A DNA stretch of 64,000 bases, from contig JAUCBJ010002155.1 in the NCBI GenBank assembly GCA_032718475.1, positions 23,211-87,210 on the forward strand, read 5' to 3'. Numbering within the stretch: the first letter of the stretch is position 1; every line of letters starts with the position of its first letter. The stretch is from Nemertoderma westbladi (taxonomy: Eukaryota > Animalia > Xenacoelomorpha). A program made the position numbers and the translations under genes. The notes beneath the pieces were generated by a model, which did no database searches, was not told the origin of the DNA, and was given only the letters and a program-made list of their open reading frames with translations. Shown piece by piece: positions 61,322 through 64,000 of this stretch.

Positions 61322-64000
61322 GCTAAATATAGACGGCCAATCACAACCCACTTCGGGCCCTGGAGAAGGCATCCAGCCTTGTTGCTGCTATGGAATATTA
61401 GTACACCCCCCCCCCCCCCCCCCACCGTCAATTGAATTCAACTACATTTAATTTCTCTTACCTGACTGCTACTTTTAAGAAATATTAATTGTTTGCGCCT
61501 TTCAATGGGCTGCTTTCTTTCGTTTTTTTTTTCTGGAGGAAAGATTTATTTCAGGAAGATATTCAATTATACTTCAGGGCTCCGCTATTCTTCATGTGCG
61601 TCAGTAGCGAGTAGGAATCCTTGCTGTTGTTTCGAGTTTTATTAGGTTGCAGTTTTCTTTGTTATTTCAAATAAAAAATAAAACAAACAACGTATTTATA
61701 CTCCTCGATTATGAGGGAAAATGAAAATAAATAAATGTAATAATTATAATATTCACATTTATAATTCCAATGAACCTTATAGCATGTATTATGATATGTA
61801 TAAATCACACAACAATTAAACACATTATAATAAATTATTTTTAAATTATATAAATATATTAAAATATATATATATTTTAATATATTATAATTTACACGAA
61901 CTGTATTCGTCGTCCCTCCAACGTCATTCTAATGAACCTGTAAGATAACATTATGTAGTTAGTGTTTGTGTTGATCAGTCACCTTTATCTTTAGGCTGTG
62001 CGTGCATGAATCGCAGCTAGTACAACCGGGGGAAAGGTTTTCTTGGAAAAGTAACAGGTAGGGCTGTGGTTGTCATATCCAATCAAATGTATTGAATAGC
62101 CAAGTAGGGTTAGCCTAATCTAAAACGTTTGTTTGAGGGAGCAGCCGTTGATTGGCTGGAGTCTTGGAAACACAAGGAAATGGAACCAGGCGGGAAGGTT
62201 TGTAACCAATATTGGTTCGAAATCGACAGCCTTAAAATCATTATTGGTTTATTACTTATGTAATTTACCGGTGAAATTAGGTGCGCGATATTGGCTATTG
62301 AATTATTTGCTACAAAAGATTACATTGCTCACAAAGATTACATTGGATATAAGAAGATTACAGGTTTGGTAAACGTTTGGTTAAAGGTAAAGTTGTATCA
62401 CATTTATTTTAAAATATTAATTTACTGTAATTTATAGGATTAGGCCTACCTGATTACTTGGATACATAGGCTATAACTTAGGTCTATTACATTATGTCTC
62501 GCCTAATTAGGCCGAAACTGCGATTTACAGACTCTGGTGAGCTTTTGCTGAGCGCTACTCACCTTGCTGTAGCAGCAAAGGCCTTACGTAAATCTGGCAA
62601 ATCTAGCCAGGTACTTAGGAGTATGGATGAGGAACGTGAGAGTGCGGTGAGTCGTGTGCGATTGTTAGGTGGCGATGTTACGGATGAAATGAATGTGTTG
62701 GGACAGTACAATATGCAGATTGGGCAGTACAAAGGTCATACGTTCAAGTGGATATTGGAAAATGATATGGGGTACGTGAAATTCTTTGCTGTGAGTAACG
62801 ACAAGCAGGAGTGGGCGCAGAAGTTGGTTGAATATGCGTGTATGTTCGAGGTTGTGAAGGAGATGTGTGAAGGTGAAGGTAAACGTGAGTTAGCGAGGCA
62901 GCAAGCGGAATTCCAGAAGGACGAAGGTATGAACCTGGTTGGCTACGGTAAGTTAAAGGCGGTGACCTACAGAGATGTGGCGACGAAATCGGAGCACGGA
63001 AAGTACAGGAAGACACTGCTGGCAAAGAAAGACGTACGGAAGGGGACTGCAATGGACAAATTGAAGAGCTATCTGGAATCTCTCCAGCCTACCAGCGAGA
63101 GTCAGCCTTCGTCCTCCAGTGTGAGTATGCCAATGGATGATCCACTTGAACAGGCGATGTTGGGTTTGGAAATTCCTGGTATGGTGGGTGTGAGTGAGAG
63201 TGAGAGTTCGTATATGCGCGATGAGAGGGTGAGTGGTATTGTGGAGCCTGAGGTTGATGAAGATGGTGGTGAGTATAAGTGGAGTCAGACAGTGAGCCCG
63301 GCTCAGTCAGAGTGGATGTTGAAAGAGTTGACCAAGTTGGGGCTGGTACCTGGTACTAGGGAGTACAATTCCCCATCGAGATGGGAAGGTGAGTCACTGT
63401 GGCGTTCGCCACCTCCGGGTGAACTGCAGCCGAGGGTGCCACAAGCGTTGCCGAGACCGGAGCCTTACTGTATACACCCGATGTTTGTATGGGCTCCTGA
63501 GACCATAATGAAAGGGTTAGTGGGTGTGAAAGGTCTACCGTGTTTGCGGTGTGATACTGGAGTGGCAGTGAAGCGTAGGTTAGGTAGGCCACGTGTTGTG
63601 GTAGGTACGGGTGGTGGCAGCCCTGGCATGCCAAACACAGGGCAATATTATATATTTGCATCTGAGTTGAGGTGCCAGGGTGGGACGTGCGGTGTGCAAG
63701 CGCAATCATGGGTGAGTTCTGACCCGCGGTACTTGAGTAAGTTGCCTCAGCGTGTGCAGAATATGTTCCCTGCAGTGTTCACGTATAGAAAGGGTGTGTG
63801 CAAGACGGTGATGGACGAGATGCGTAGGTCAGGTAGAAGTGCGCATGATATGTCCCAGCAGGTGAGTGAGATGTTGCAGTGTAGGTATGAGCGGGCCAAC
63901 CTACAATACTTGCTCCACTTGGAACAAGTACGTGGTGAGGCCAAGGGTATGTTGGATGTGTCGTTTGGGTTGGATGTTGGTGCCGTTAGTCAACCCTTTG
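61322..64000 (+). repeat. Second unit of a near-identical tandem duplication (unit 1 = 53906-61321)
   Basis: Sequence from gctaaatatagac... recurs with small indels; unit length is about 4.7 kb excluding the TIR insertion. Confidence 0.95.
62494..64000 (+). CDS. DUF6729-like protein, copy 2 (runs off the window end)
   Basis: Same ORF as 58025-59662; one K-to-Q difference seen (VLGKYN versus VLGQYN). Confidence 0.6.
   Translation, partial: MSRLIRPKLRFTDSGELLLSATHLAVAAKALRKSGKSSQVLRSMDEERESAVSRVRLLGGDVTDEMNVLGQYNMQIGQYKGHTFKWILENDMGYVKFFAVSNDKQEWAQKLVEYACMFEVVKEMCEGEGKRELARQQAEFQKDEGMNLVGYGKLKAVTYRDVATKSEHGKYRKTLLAKKDVRKGTAMDKLKSYLESLQPTSESQPSSSSVSMPMDDPLEQAMLGLEIPGMVGVSESESSYMRDERVSGIVEPEVDEDGGEYKWSQTVSPAQSEWMLKELTKLGLVPGTREYNSPSRWEGESLWRSPPPGELQPRVPQALPRPEPYCIHPMFVWAPETIMKGLVGVKGLPCLRCDTGVAVKRRLGRPRVVVGTGGGSPGMPNTGQYYIFASELRCQGGTCGVQAQSWVSSDPRYLSKLPQRVQNMFPAVFTYRKGVCKTVMDEMRRSGRSAHDMSQQVSEMLQCRYERANLQYLLHLEQVRGEAKGMLDVSFGLDVGAVSQPF

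Overview
Eukaryotic, AT-rich, repeat-dense genomic DNA, most consistent with an invertebrate animal. Host genes are sparse: single-exon VPS50 (40655-43501, -), single-exon PEX16 (34520-35710, -), a frameshifted 3-exon secreted LRR/Sushi/octapeptide-repeat gene (5071-9629, +) and a small possible mitochondrial membrane protein. Most of the rest is nested mobile DNA. It includes a full-length Ty3/gypsy element (15652-26514; AACT TSD, tRNA-Pro PBS, -1 slippery site). Its pol is split by a CACTG-ended EnSpm-type element that carries a zinc-ribbon/SAMD3-like/PWWP cargo gene. Also present are an IS3EU element with a HECT C-lobe remnant and a related MITE, a pogo-like transposase split by two CCCAG-ended elements, a 9-bp-TSD element whose empty site is visible in a tandem duplicate, BEL, CRE and Penelope fragments, and tRNA-derived SINEs. 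The most striking small feature is a ~0.5-kb TSD-flanked insertion in which a tRNA-like Pol III head is fused directly to a complete minimal type I hammerhead ribozyme (39030-39133, -). All family calls come from motif recognition by eye, with no database searches.
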